This document shows, in pieces, positions 33,006 to 33,057 of a stretch of 33,057 nucleotides of DNA (positions are counted from its first letter, which is position 1; each line of letters opens with the position of its first letter). The notes under the pieces were generated by a model. The model had not been told where the DNA came from, searched no databases, and saw only the letters and a program-made list of their open reading frames with translations. The stretch comes from Octopus bimaculoides (lineage: Eukaryota), in NCBI RefSeq assembly GCF_001194135.2, contig NC_069000.1, forward strand, positions 25,385,268 through 25,418,324. The letters run 5' to 3'. Position numbers and translations under genes: made by a program.

Positions 33006-33057
<52 letters not shown>

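Overview
AT-rich, gapped eukaryotic DNA (about 3.2 kb of Ns in 7 gaps). The microsatellite load and SINE/LINE types suggest a coleoid cephalopod, probably Octopus (inference). One host gene runs on the minus strand: a trypsin-type (S1A) serine protease. Six coding exons (32918-32707, 28090-28002, 18474-18203, 14379-14231, 11675-11621, 7667-7543) have GT-AG boundaries and compatible phases, and splice into about 300 codons with an intact His/Asp/Ser triad and Asp189. The start of the signal peptide lies beyond the right edge of the window. The introns and downstream flank are packed with decayed mobile DNA: several L1/Tx1-clade LINEs (one near full length), three R4/Dong-type 3' fragments, a Penelope-like element, tRNA-derived SINEs, a foldback/MITE-like element, and a ~550-bp ORF-less repeat associated with (TAA)n. 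The most notable observation is an ORF1-only 'half-LINE' (16327-18164) joined directly to the 3' terminus of the local L1/Tx1 LINEs. Two SINE copies end in a similar motif, which suggests one autonomous LINE lineage with two kinds of parasite.
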